Numbered from the stretch's first letter, positions 17,022-26,782 are shown. The stretch is 35,278 bases of DNA from Candidatus Hermodarchaeota archaeon (GCA_016839805.1 JAEOTO010000021.1:1-35278), one strand, 5' to 3'. The notes: generated by a model not told the origin, from the letters alone. Numbers and translations are program-made.

Positions 17022-18809
17022 ATGACAATTAAGGGTGAGACATGGGACCTGAGTCCAATGGTTCCATCAACAAAATTAGACGCGCTGAAAGCACTCATGG
17101 ACGAATGTGTGCAAGATGCTGAGCAAATTGCATCTGAGTATAAGGGAAAAGTTACATCACTCACAGCAAAAGAACTCAAAACCTTTCTTGAACGCAATCA
17201 GGAACTATTTCTCAAGCGAGAAGGCGTCTTAAAATATCCACGCTTAAGCTATTCTGCCAATTCTCTGGACCCGGAAATAAAACAAGCTGCTGATCTAGCT
17301 CGTCGGAAGAGTATGACGCTCGCACAGATTCTAGCCTTCACGGAAATTGAAGTTTCTCAGCTTATTGAAGCAAAACCAGACCTCATTAACAATCCCGAAC
17401 TGGCGGAATATAAGCACGCACTTGAAATCGCAAAACGTCGGGCGCCTCACATGTTAAGTGACATCGAAGAACAGCTTATCATCCAAAAGGATCGATTCGG
17501 CATTGACTCCTGGTCTCAACTCCAGGGTGACTGGTTATCTACCCGCACCTATGAAATTGAGATTGAAGGGAAAACCAAAATCATGCCTTATGGAGAAATC
17601 ATCTCCTTATACGAACATCCCAACCGGGACGTTCGGAAAGCCGCCAAACAAATTGTCTGGACTGGCCTTAGTCAAGATGAAATCATGTGGGCTAGTGCTC
17701 TCCGAGCTATTGTAGGCGATCATATCGCAACTAGCAAGAAACGAAACTGGCCTACACCCCGAACACAAAGCTTCATAGACAATGACGTCGACGCAGAAAC
17801 CATCGATGTCCTCATGTCTACAGTTGCAAATAATGTGCCCCTCTTCCGTCGCTATCTTCGAGCAAAAGCCAAAGTCATGGGACTACCCAAACTTGGAGAA
17901 TGGGATGTGGTTGCTCCACTACCCAATATGCCCGATCGAAAATTCACTTGGAAAGACGCTCGGAAAATTTCCATCGACACATATGAAGGCTTCGATCCAG
18001 AACTCGCAAAAATTGTCCAAGACATGTTCGATAAACAACGAATTGATGGAGAAGTTCGAAACGGGAAACGTTCGGGTGCTTTCTTTTCTTCCTGGCAAAG
18101 TGGCAATTCCGGCTTCATTCTCCTGAGCTATAATGGACGGCTAGGTGAAGTGTTTACACTTGTTCATGAAAATGGTCACGCCGTACACAGCGTCCTCATG
18201 TCTACAAATCAAAAACCCATCAATACGGATATCGGCATGTGCATTGCTGAAGTGGGCAGCATTTTTGGAGAATTACTCCTTGTTGACAAACTTATCGCAG
18301 AGGCAAAGACCAAAGAAGAAAAACTTGAAGTCCTGGCAAAAGTGCTCGATGAATTTGGCATTGCTGTTTTTCAAGTCTCTGCCCGATACTTCTTTGAAAT
18401 GGATCTGTATGATGCCTTCGAACGGGGCGAATACTTAGACGGAGAAACGATTAGTAAATATTGGGTTAAAGGACGGGACAAAATCTTTGGTGATGTTATC
18501 GAATGGCTTCCTGAAAGTATCTGGGAATGGACGTTCAAGGTGCATTACTACATCCCCCGATTTCGATTGTACAACTATCCATATGTGTTTGCCAATCTCT
18601 TTGTCTTTGCCCTATATCGGCTCTATAAAGAACAGGGCAAGGATTTTGTTCCTAAATTGAGACGCCTGCTTTCTGCTGGAAGTACACATTCACCACGAGA
18701 ATTAGCTGCTGAACTTGGATTTGATATTTCAACCACACAGTTTTGGAATTTGGGTATGAAGCAGGCCGAGGAATTCATCAATGAATTTGAAGCGTTAGCC
18801 AAAGACTAG
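17022..18809 (+). CDS. pepF: Oligoendopeptidase F (peptidase M3B)
   Basis: TWDLS, GKRSGAF, TLVHENGHAVH (HExxH), AEVGSIFGE, HYY...YNYPYVF. Confidence 0.92.
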   Translation: MTIKGETWDLSPMVPSTKLDALKALMDECVQDAEQIASEYKGKVTSLTAKELKTFLERNQELFLKREGVLKYPRLSYSANSLDPEIKQAADLARRKSMTLAQILAFTEIEVSQLIEAKPDLINNPELAEYKHALEIAKRRAPHMLSDIEEQLIIQKDRFGIDSWSQLQGDWLSTRTYEIEIEGKTKIMPYGEIISLYEHPNRDVRKAAKQIVWTGLSQDEIMWASALRAIVGDHIATSKKRNWPTPRTQSFIDNDVDAETIDVLMSTVANNVPLFRRYLRAKAKVMGLPKLGEWDVVAPLPNMPDRKFTWKDARKISIDTYEGFDPELAKIVQDMFDKQRIDGEVRNGKRSGAFFSSWQSGNSGFILLSYNGRLGEVFTLVHENGHAVHSVLMSTNQKPINTDIGMCIAEVGSIFGELLLVDKLIAEAKTKEEKLEVLAKVLDEFGIAVFQVSARYFFEMDLYDAFERGEYLDGETISKYWVKGRDKIFGDVIEWLPESIWEWTFKVHYYIPRFRLYNYPYVFANLFVFALYRLYKEQGKDFVPKLRRLLSAGSTHSPRELAAELGFDISTTQFWNLGMKQAEEFINEFEALAKD

Positions 18810-20767
18810 GTGTCCTCAGGTTCGTCAGACTCAGTAAATTCTTCAAAAGTTTCTCCACACTTTGGACAGAATTTCGCTTCGTCGGGAAATGCTTCACCAC
18901 ATTTTGCACAAATACCTGTGACAGATGTTTTAGATTCATCTGCCGATGGGGTTTCACCTTCACTGGGAGGTGTTTTTCGTAGGCGTCGTAGGTATTCTGC
19001 CAGCTGATGACGGCGCCGATATAGGAGTAAACCAATGTAGGCGATGAGTGCAATCAAACCAATTATGATACCTGCAAGAATCACAAATGTGATGGGATTG
19101 ACAGGTGAACCTGCGATGACAATAATTTCGAATGAACCGAGTCCAAAGCTAATATGCGTACTGGGATGGGACAAGGCGCGGATGTAATAATATTGTCCTG
19201 GAACCATGGCGTATTGGATAATTTCAGTAGAACCTAGCTCTATGGATTGGGTTAACCGATTCATGCGACTATCATATAGGTACAGATCGAAATCTGCTTG
19301 ATAGCCTTGGAAAGCTTCCAGATGGATGGTATATTGAGCGGCAATTGGTGGAGTGATGTAATAATAAACTGAGTCGTTTTTCCCATCGAGGTAACCGTAT
19401 AGAGTGAGGATATTGGTTGGGAGAATTGGAGTTTGTTCTGTTCCTCCAATGGTTTGAAATTCGGAGATGAAGTCTTCATACCGGGTGTCGTTAAGTAAGG
19501 ATAAGGGAATGGATTCATAATCAGCCAAATTGATGCCCAGTCCCCTGGCGCGTTTAGTTCCTTGGCTTGTACGGTGATAAGCAACCGCGATATCTACCGC
19601 TATGGAAAGGTTGTATGCAAGACTTGCTAGGTGTGGGTTCGTCGGTTGTTGGAATATCTGGAAGGCGAAGCAACCTAAGTCAATGTAATTCGGTATGTTA
19701 AACTGCTGAGTATAACCGCGGGCAGCGCAGATGTTTGCATAAAATGTGGAAATATTTGGAGGAGTGAGTAGATAGTCGATGATTTGGTTGAACCATGTAA
19801 TTATCGAAGCAATTTCGGTGGTATTAATCACAGATAGGGTCAGCGTTGAAGGGAGCGCAGTATAAAGGTTAGCGTATTGTCCTCCAAGTGAATACGCCTC
19901 GATATATCGGTTCACAATTTCTACTGCCAAAAGAAATGAGGTACTTTCAGGAAATAGCGTCAAACTATGAAGGAATTGGTTGTAAGGAAGCCGCTGTTGG
20001 GGAATCTCAGCTTCGGAAAAGATAATCAAATCAACAGATTCTTGAATTTCGTAAGCTAGCTCGAACTGTCCCATGAACGAGGCATCAAATGCAATAACAT
20101 TGATGGGTTCAATAGTGTCGTTAGCCAGAACTGAGGCGATTTCGTGGGGGAGAAGGCGGTCATTTCCATTCGTTACATCATCACACACGCCAAGGTAACC
20201 ATGGCCAATATCCCATAGGACGAGTAGATACTTTTCCGCCTGTGAATAATTTTGGCCAAATTGAATAAATGCTAGTAAGGTTGTTGGGTCACCCATATTC
20301 GGTTCAACAGGAAGTGGAGTAGTTAAGGGTGGTGAGATAATCGTGTCATTAGGCGGTTCATGATCTTGGGTGATGTTGAAGGTCACCGCACCCGAACCAT
20401 ACCCTGTCAAATCGGAAAGAAAATCAACGAAGACAATAATATTGACTTGTTCCGTGGAACCAACCATTTCCATTTCTTTGATATCAGCAAAAGCTGCCGT
20501 TTCGAGGTTATTATCAGTCGCCATGTAAATGAGAATAGTCCAATTACGCGGTGCATTACCATTAGTAACTGGTTTCCTAAGTCGAGAAGGTTCTAAACTA
20601 TTTGGGAGTTCATCCTGCTTGTCTGCATTACTAAATGAATTATCAAAGGAAACAAGCTCTGGTTCAGGGAATGTTCGGACTTCTTTAGCGGTCCAAAGAA
20701 GGGTAAGGGGCTGAATTAAGGTCACCGAGACAAATAAGACAAGGAGGAGTGTTCGGACCCCTTTCAT
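18806..20767 (-). CDS. Clostripain (peptidase C11)-like membrane protein with PPC domain, TM helix and cytoplasmic zinc ribbon; catalytic residues substituted
   Basis: N-terminal signal, WTILIYMATDNNLE, EPNMGDPTTL, LWDIGHG, FDASFMG, SEAEIP, PPC ADFDLYLYD, TM followed by RRRH, CAKC...FCPKCG. Start ATG 20767. Confidence 0.85.
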   Translation of the reverse strand: MKGVRTLLLVLFVSVTLIQPLTLLWTAKEVRTFPEPELVSFDNSFSNADKQDELPNSLEPSRLRKPVTNGNAPRNWTILIYMATDNNLETAAFADIKEMEMVGSTEQVNIIVFVDFLSDLTGYGSGAVTFNITQDHEPPNDTIISPPLTTPLPVEPNMGDPTTLLAFIQFGQNYSQAEKYLLVLWDIGHGYLGVCDDVTNGNDRLLPHEIASVLANDTIEPINVIAFDASFMGQFELAYEIQESVDLIIFSEAEIPQQRLPYNQFLHSLTLFPESTSFLLAVEIVNRYIEAYSLGGQYANLYTALPSTLTLSVINTTEIASIITWFNQIIDYLLTPPNISTFYANICAARGYTQQFNIPNYIDLGCFAFQIFQQPTNPHLASLAYNLSIAVDIAVAYHRTSQGTKRARGLGINLADYESIPLSLLNDTRYEDFISEFQTIGGTEQTPILPTNILTLYGYLDGKNDSVYYYITPPIAAQYTIHLEAFQGYQADFDLYLYDSRMNRLTQSIELGSTEIIQYAMVPGQYYYIRALSHPSTHISFGLGSFEIIVIAGSPVNPITFVILAGIIIGLIALIAYIGLLLYRRRHQLAEYLRRLRKTPPSEGETPSADESKTSVTGICAKCGEAFPDEAKFCPKCGETFEEFTESDEPEDT

Positions 20768-20918
20768 GCAACTACCCTCGTTAAGCTCCAAATAGAGTTT
20801 CGCCCAATAAACTTATCCAAATCAACAGCAGATTGATATCCTCCACTGAATGGTGTTAATCTTTAAAAGGTCTAGTTCTAGGTCATTTCCCCCTTGACCC
20901 TAATTCGAGGTTAGAAAA

Positions 20919-22247
20919 ATGTCTGTCGATCCAATTCAAAGCGAAGGTCGCGGGAAAATCCATTTTGTTGAAATTCTCACTGTAGATATTGATGGTGTGC
21001 TCAAGGGCATGACAGTGCCGATCAGTCCTGTTGATTCTGTAACACCCTTACAAAAGGGCTCAACTCGGGTTCCTGATAGTGGAATTGATGGGTCCTCGGT
21101 TAAAGGCTTGGCATCAATTACGACTTCTGATTTACGATTAAAACCTGATCTGAGTACACTCAAAGAATTACCCAACAGTTATCCCCGACGTGCCATCGTA
21201 ATTGCTGATGTGTTTCAACGCAGTACTGACGGGGGACTCGCCCCGCACCCCTTAGCACCCCGGACTATCTTAAAACGAAATACCGAACGTCTAGCTGCAA
21301 AGGGGATGCAGCTTCGTGTAAAACTTGAACCCGAATTCTATTTACTAACCGAAGAGGGTATACCCCTCGATGATGCTAAGTATGCGGATATATTTCCCGA
21401 AAATAAGGGGATGGACCTGCTGTTAGAAACAGCACTAGATTTACGGGCAGCAGGTATTGAAACCGCTTGGCTTCATTCTGAACATGGAGAAAGCCAACAA
21501 GAAATCGAACTTGACTTCACTGAACTCAGTCAAGCGGCAGATAATGTTACCTTATTCAAATTGCTTGTCCGCCGTCGAGCAGCTCTTTATGATATTGAAG
21601 TAAGCTTCATGCCCAAACCCTTTCAAAACGAAGCTGGCAGTGGTATGCACTGCCATTTGCAACTTTGGAAGGGCAATCAGAATATCTTGGGGAATTCAGA
21701 TGGAACACTCACCGAAACTGGAAAGCATTTTGTTGCGGGTCTACTCCATCATGCTCCGGCAATTACGGCAATAGCTAATCCTACTATCAATTCATTCAAG
21801 CGCTTAGTTCCGGGTTTCGAAGCTCCGGTCTATATCACCTGGGGGTATCTCAACCGGTCTGCTCTTATTCGCATTCCATTATTTACCTCCTCTGCAAAAG
21901 CCGCTATTGAATTTCGATCACCTGACCCTCTAGCGAACCCCTATCTCCTGTTTTCCGTCCTCATTGGGGCAGGAATGGATGGAATCGAACGCCAGTTACA
22001 GCCACCAGATCCAATAACCGAAGATGTTTACCACCTACCATCAAAACGACTCACGCAATTAAAAATTCAGCAACTCCCTGACACTCTCCGTGGCGCTCTC
22101 ATTGCCTTAAGGAAGGATAAAGTTCTATGTGAAACTCTTAGTCAAGACTTTTGTAACAGCTACCAAAAGATCCGGGAAGACGAATGGTATCAATACACTC
22201 ACGGCGTGATAACAGATAAAGAATGGGAATGGTATATCCATCGCTAA
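20919..22247 (+). CDS. glnA: Glutamine synthetase type I family protein
   Basis: DGSS, EPEFYL, FMPKP, GSGMHCH, NSFKRLVPGFEAP, NRSALIRIP, IEFRSPDPLANPYL. Confidence 0.88.
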   Translation: MSVDPIQSEGRGKIHFVEILTVDIDGVLKGMTVPISPVDSVTPLQKGSTRVPDSGIDGSSVKGLASITTSDLRLKPDLSTLKELPNSYPRRAIVIADVFQRSTDGGLAPHPLAPRTILKRNTERLAAKGMQLRVKLEPEFYLLTEEGIPLDDAKYADIFPENKGMDLLLETALDLRAAGIETAWLHSEHGESQQEIELDFTELSQAADNVTLFKLLVRRRAALYDIEVSFMPKPFQNEAGSGMHCHLQLWKGNQNILGNSDGTLTETGKHFVAGLLHHAPAITAIANPTINSFKRLVPGFEAPVYITWGYLNRSALIRIPLFTSSAKAAIEFRSPDPLANPYLLFSVLIGAGMDGIERQLQPPDPITEDVYHLPSKRLTQLKIQQLPDTLRGALIALRKDKVLCETLSQDFCNSYQKIREDEWYQYTHGVITDKEWEWYIHR

Positions 22248-22292
22248 ATTTTTGAACCGATAGCTCTCGTAGGATACACAGGTTAGACTATC

Positions 22293-22745
22293 ATGACGGA
22301 TATTAGTGAAAGCATCGAGATCAAAGCACCTCTTGAAACGGTGTTCAAGTACGCAGTTAGTTTCCGAAATGCTCCCAAATTTATTGCTTCAGTTGTTAGT
22401 TACCATCCTACCACTGAGGCTCTCTGGGGTGTTGGTGCCCGATTTGCCATGGAAGTAAGCGTGATGGATTTCCGGTTTACGCAAGAGCTTGAAGTCGTTG
22501 ACTTACAGCTTGGGCGATCTCTTCAGGTTAGATCTCTTTCTGGACAACCTTTTCAGGATGCCAAATGGTTCTTCGAGCACACAGCGAACGGAACACGTGT
22601 TACTTACGAACTCTCATATCAATTACCAGAAGTATTTCTTGGTCGAAAAATCGATGAAAAAATCCAAACGCAATTAGACGAGCAGATACGATCCGATGCT
22701 CGAACGACACTAACAAACCTGAAACAGTACCTGGAAACTCCCTAA
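22293..22745 (+). CDS. SRPBCC (polyketide cyclase/START-like) family protein
   Basis: ISESIEIKAPLETVFKY, GVGARF, GTRVTYELSY and C-terminal LTNLKQYLE. Confidence 0.85.
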   Translation: MTDISESIEIKAPLETVFKYAVSFRNAPKFIASVVSYHPTTEALWGVGARFAMEVSVMDFRFTQELEVVDLQLGRSLQVRSLSGQPFQDAKWFFEHTANGTRVTYELSYQLPEVFLGRKIDEKIQTQLDEQIRSDARTTLTNLKQYLETP

Positions 22746-22896
22746 GAGTTATTTTGATAAGAATACGATGCATGTTATTAGAATTCATTTATAAAATATA
22801 CACTCTAATTTAGATATCTGTGAATCCTGAAAAACACAAGCTTTTTGTGATAAATCCCACACACACGGTGCTACGTCAATTCTGAGGAGGCGTGCC

Positions 22897-24477
22897 ACGG
22901 TTCTTCCGCAAAATGGCACAAAAATTGTGTTAACTGCATCTGAAATTGAAATGAGCCATTTCGGCGATGACCCCTTTGGAGCCTTCGCTGGGTCATTCCT
23001 CCTGATTCCTAATTTCCTCAAACCCTTCTATATGCCCAAAGAAAAAGACTTGGAAAACGGTACAGCAAAAGCTGCACCCTATGGTCTTCGTAAAGCCGAA
23101 GCGCTCCTCCTCAATAATGGATTTGATGAATCGGATGTTGCAGTAGTCCATCCAAAGAACTTGAGTCGGTTCATTGGACCCACCACTCGTGCGATTGGCA
23201 TCTCAAGTATGGATCCCTTAGGAATCGCTTACGTGAGTCTTACCTATTCAAACATGTTTGCCCTTGGAAGTGAGCCACGTAATCGAGTCGAATTCCGCAA
23301 GTTATTACGAAAAACACCAATTGCGAAAGTTCATGATCGTGGTCAAGCAAAAGTAATTGTGGGAGGCGCGGGAGCCTGGCAAGTAGCAGGAACCGAGGCT
23401 CGAAAAACTTTTGGAATCGATTGTGTTATCACGGGAGAAGTGGGTCCAGAAGTTATCGATATCTTCCACCAAGCAATAAACGGTGAGACTCTGCCACCTA
23501 AAGCAGTTGGTGGTATACTCAGGGCAGCTGAAGATATCCCACTCATTCGTGGTGGATCCATGCATGGAGCCGTTGAAATCACTCGTGGGTGTGGTAGAGG
23601 TTGTCAATTTTGCTCACCGACACAACGTCGCCGATTTTCTTTACCTATCGAACATATCCTGAGAGAAGTACAAGTGAATGTTGACGCAGGCAATGAAATG
23701 ACTATTTTAGCAACAGAAGATCTGTTTCTTTATGGATTAAAGAACTCACGATTCATTCCAAACCGTAATGCAATTGTTAATCTGATTGAGAATCTAGTGA
23801 ACGTACCAGGATTGAAATACATTCAACCTGCCCATATTGCCCTTGCACCTGTTGTGACTGACCCCAAATGCACCGAGGAAATTGCGGAACTCCTTGTATC
23901 CCGTGGTCGCTATACGCTTGGAGGAAAATCCTACGTTACAGCGGAAGCTGGAATTGAAACGGGAAGCGTTCGTCTTTTCAAAGAGCGAATGGCAGGGAAA
24001 GCCTTACCCTTCAAACCAGAGGAGTGGCCTGAAATTGTCAAACAGGCTATTGGTATTTTGAATGATAATCGGTGGTTTCCATTAACCACTTGGCTCGTGG
24101 GTATCCCCGGAGAAGATGAAGAAGATGTAAATGCCACTCTTGAATTGCTTGACGATCTCAAAGGAATGAAATTATTTATTACACCGCTCCTTTGGGTGCC
24201 ATTACGCCCCTCAATTCTTAGTGAAGGTAGTCGACCAGAGATAGAAGCTCTAAACGATCTTCAATGGGAAGTCTTTACTCGATCATGGCAATATAATCTT
24301 GATGTCTGGCGACCACCTCTGAAAATCAATTCATGGAAGGCATTTGCAAGCAGCTTTTTAGTGCCCATTTTTGGCAGTTTGATCTATTTCCTCTATGCTC
24401 GATATAATCCTACAGCTCCAATGATAAAGCGCCTACTCTTCCATTCTTTCAATAAGGCCTTCTTCGAATCAGCCTAA
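22897..24477 (+). CDS. B12-binding radical SAM protein, related to archaeal GDGT-modifying enzymes (GrsA/B-like); start uncertain
   Basis: KIVLTAS, APYGLRKAEA, GISSMDPLG, IVGGAGAWQ, EITRGCGRGCQFC (CxxxCxxC), GIETGS. First canonical in-frame start (GTG 22927) falls inside the conserved N-terminal motif. SD GAGGAGG at 22884-22890. Confidence 0.8.
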   Translation, partial: TVLPQNGTKIVLTASEIEMSHFGDDPFGAFAGSFLLIPNFLKPFYMPKEKDLENGTAKAAPYGLRKAEALLLNNGFDESDVAVVHPKNLSRFIGPTTRAIGISSMDPLGIAYVSLTYSNMFALGSEPRNRVEFRKLLRKTPIAKVHDRGQAKVIVGGAGAWQVAGTEARKTFGIDCVITGEVGPEVIDIFHQAINGETLPPKAVGGILRAAEDIPLIRGGSMHGAVEITRGCGRGCQFCSPTQRRRFSLPIEHILREVQVNVDAGNEMTILATEDLFLYGLKNSRFIPNRNAIVNLIENLVNVPGLKYIQPAHIALAPVVTDPKCTEEIAELLVSRGRYTLGGKSYVTAEAGIETGSVRLFKERMAGKALPFKPEEWPEIVKQAIGILNDNRWFPLTTWLVGIPGEDEEDVNATLELLDDLKGMKLFITPLLWVPLRPSILSEGSRPEIEALNDLQWEVFTRSWQYNLDVWRPPLKINSWKAFASSFLVPIFGSLIYFLYARYNPTAPMIKRLLFHSFNKAFFESA

Positions 24478-24505
24478 ACTACCTATACTAAAGGGGATAC
24501 AACGG

Positions 24506-25033
24506 TTAATCAATCGCAGACCCGCAAATAAAACAAAAATTGTCATGTGTCCGAATCTTATGCCCACATTGAGGACAGAAACCGGGTTCGATGCTGGATT
24601 CAGGGGCTTTCGCTGGTTCTTTCTTCGCTTTAGGAGTCGCTTCCTCTTCGACAGGACTGGGTTGGAATGTTCGTTTTTGTTGAACCTCTGAAAGCAGTCG
24701 TCGATGGAGTACACTCCAGACCGTTCGAGTATTTTTTTGGGTGCCATGGACCGGACAGTTGAGAGTAAAGGTTGTGGCAACTTCGGATGAACTCACACCT
24801 GAAGCTGGCGCTAGCTCCCTACCACATATGGCGCATCGATATAGATGATCTGCGACAACGCTGGCCCATAGATCAAGACCTGAGTGGTCAAGCGTGATAT
24901 GGTGACCTACCTTATGACGAGGACAGACTAATAGTGCTGTGACTTTGTCATTCGGAGCGGGATCTAATGTCATAACAATGAAGGGAGCTCCACAGGCGCA
25001 AGTGAAATTAGCTTCGATTGCGGCTATGACCAT
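24506..25033 (-). CDS. Multi-zinc-site protein with C-terminal zinc ribbon
   Basis: CACG...CPRH...CAICG...CPVH, Pro/Glu/Lys linker, FCPQCG...FCFICG. Start ATG 25033, 14 nt after the upstream stop. Confidence 0.8.
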   Translation of the reverse strand: MVIAAIEANFTCACGAPFIVMTLDPAPNDKVTALLVCPRHKVGHHITLDHSGLDLWASVVADHLYRCAICGRELAPASGVSSSEVATTFTLNCPVHGTQKNTRTVWSVLHRRLLSEVQQKRTFQPSPVEEEATPKAKKEPAKAPESSIEPGFCPQCGHKIRTHDNFCFICGSAID

Positions 25034-25047
25034 ATTGTTCACTTCTT

Positions 25048-26100
25048 TCAACTTATTTTGGTACCACAACGAAAACAGTAAATGTCTGTTATTTCGATTC
25101 GGACGCCGCAATTGCTGCAGTATTGCGGGTGTCTGATGTGTTCAATAGGTGGCTGGCTTGTTGATATGGATATGGGTTGTGTTACGGAAGCAGCTTGGTG
25201 TATTGTCTGTGGGTGAAGCCAAATATGACCTAGATTTATGGGCTGGGTTTGTGTGGTGGAAACAGAGGGAGTGAATCGGGGGTGTATCTGGGCAGTTCGG
25301 AACCCGACATCAATAATAGGTGTGCGAGCGACATGTGGGTACAGAGGTGTCCAGATCCTTCGGAAAAATCGGTTCAAATGTCCATAGGGACAAAATGCTT
25401 GAAGCCGAGTATTTAATCCATCTTGACCTAAAACGATGAGGGCTGCGGTTCGGTTACCACATTGTTCGCATCTATGGAGTCGATCGGCCATATAAGATGA
25501 CCACGCTTCTAATTGCGATAATGGTAATCGGATTGTTTCAGTGGTTTTATCCAAGGAGCAGTGCGATTCTACTTGTACTGAATCTCCTCGGGATGTGGCT
25601 GTCTTGATGATGAGTGGTGCACCACAAAATCGGCACGATAACCGACGAGCCCAAGTATTTCCCATGGCTGTTGGGATATTGCGATGTGGCCAACCTGTCT
25701 GCCTTCGTGCTCGTTGAATGCGTTTCCACACTGCATCAGATTCTGATCCAGCCACTAAGATGACAATCCCAGAAAGAATCGTTAGCCAACTGAACATGAT
25801 TATTAATCCGACTATAATCACAACGATTCCTAACGTAATTAGTTCATTTGCTGCACGTTTGGGCATATCCGCAACAAAACGAATAGTCCGAATGGTTAAT
25901 AATAATACAATAAGACCTGTGAAAAAAGAAAACATGAAAATTAACAATGGAGGGCTCAAGAAGTAAGTGGAGGAGTAATAGGGATAATCTGGCATGTAAA
26001 CCCAGGGACTCATGAATAACATGATGATTGGACTCAACACCGTACCAAGTCCACCCATAATCGCCAAGGTTTCTATTGTGTCTGGCTTCGTTACAGCCAT
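25048..26100 (-). CDS. Membrane protein (3-4 TM) fused to multi-zinc-site domain and C-terminal zinc ribbon; paralog of downstream gene
   Basis: Hydrophobic N-terminus, CRFCGAP...CSLD...CEQCG...CPYGH, YCSNCG...YCFRCG. GGAGGA SD. Confidence 0.8.
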   Translation of the reverse strand: MAVTKPDTIETLAIMGGLGTVLSPIIMLFMSPWVYMPDYPYYSSTYFLSPPLLIFMFSFFTGLIVLLLTIRTIRFVADMPKRAANELITLGIVVIIVGLIIMFSWLTILSGIVILVAGSESDAVWKRIQRARRQTGWPHRNIPTAMGNTWARRLSCRFCGAPLIIKTATSRGDSVQVESHCSLDKTTETIRLPLSQLEAWSSYMADRLHRCEQCGNRTAALIVLGQDGLNTRLQAFCPYGHLNRFFRRIWTPLYPHVARTPIIDVGFRTAQIHPRFTPSVSTTQTQPINLGHIWLHPQTIHQAASVTQPISISTSQPPIEHIRHPQYCSNCGVRIEITDIYCFRCGTKIS

Positions 26101-26224
26101 TCCTCCATTTTAACGTGTATCCATTCACCTGAGTGCGTATTCAAAATTCGTGAATTAAAAGGTTAACTTTACGGCATATAGGCTGTGGACCTATTCATTA
26201 CACTTGAGTATATAAAAACGAAAA

Positions 26225-26782
26225 TCATTCCCATTTTCTTAAAAATTGGTTAACAGCCCAAAATTCTCGAACAAGTGGCATATAGGCTGGAATCGCGAAT
26301 TTTGTTAAGTCTGGTTCCCCATTCGCGTCAAGCACGGCTTCATCAATATGAACTGCAACCACATCACCGATGAACAGATTATGAGAACCAACCTCAATAA
26401 CCTTCCAGGTCTTGCATTCAATATTGAGAGGGCATTCAGATATCATTGGAGAGGAAATCTTTGTTGAAGGCATTGGTGTGAAACCTGTGGCTCCAAACTT
26501 ATCGATATTTTTCCCAGATTTTGTTCCACAGATCATAACTGCATCCATATGATCCGTTGTTGGAATATTTATTACAAAATCACCAATACGTTGCAGCAAG
26601 TCATAGCTGTGGCGCTTTGGTACAACGCTAATTCCCATTCGAGGAGGCCTAGAACCCACATTTGCCGTCCATGAGATAGTAATGATATTAACTTCAGTTT
26701 CATCTCCTACACTCACAAGGGCAACTGGACAAGGTACCAATACGGTTCCCCATTTTTGTGTGCGTTTCACCGTATTCACCAA
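26225..26782 (-). CDS. Flavin reductase-like (flavoredoxin) family protein
   Basis: PCPVALVS, NIITISW, GDFVINIP, CGTKSG, ECPLNIEC, GSHNLFIGDV. Confidence 0.92.
   Translation of the reverse strand: MVNTVKRTQKWGTVLVPCPVALVSVGDETEVNIITISWTANVGSRPPRMGISVVPKRHSYDLLQRIGDFVINIPTTDHMDAVMICGTKSGKNIDKFGATGFTPMPSTKISSPMISECPLNIECKTWKVIEVGSHNLFIGDVVAVHIDEAVLDANGEPDLTKFAIPAYMPLVREFWAVNQFLRKWE

Noticed and set aside
16961-17197. 78-aa minus-strand ORF overlapping the pepF start
   Set aside because: Antisense to pepF and its promoter, with no features supporting translation.
19563-19577. Partial match (CCGTACAA on the minus strand) to the putative omega-RNA guide
   Set aside because: Only about 8 nt of identity, expected by chance in 35 kb.
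22857-22867. Short (CA)n run upstream of the radical SAM gene
   Set aside because: Only 4-5 units, too short to support phase variation.
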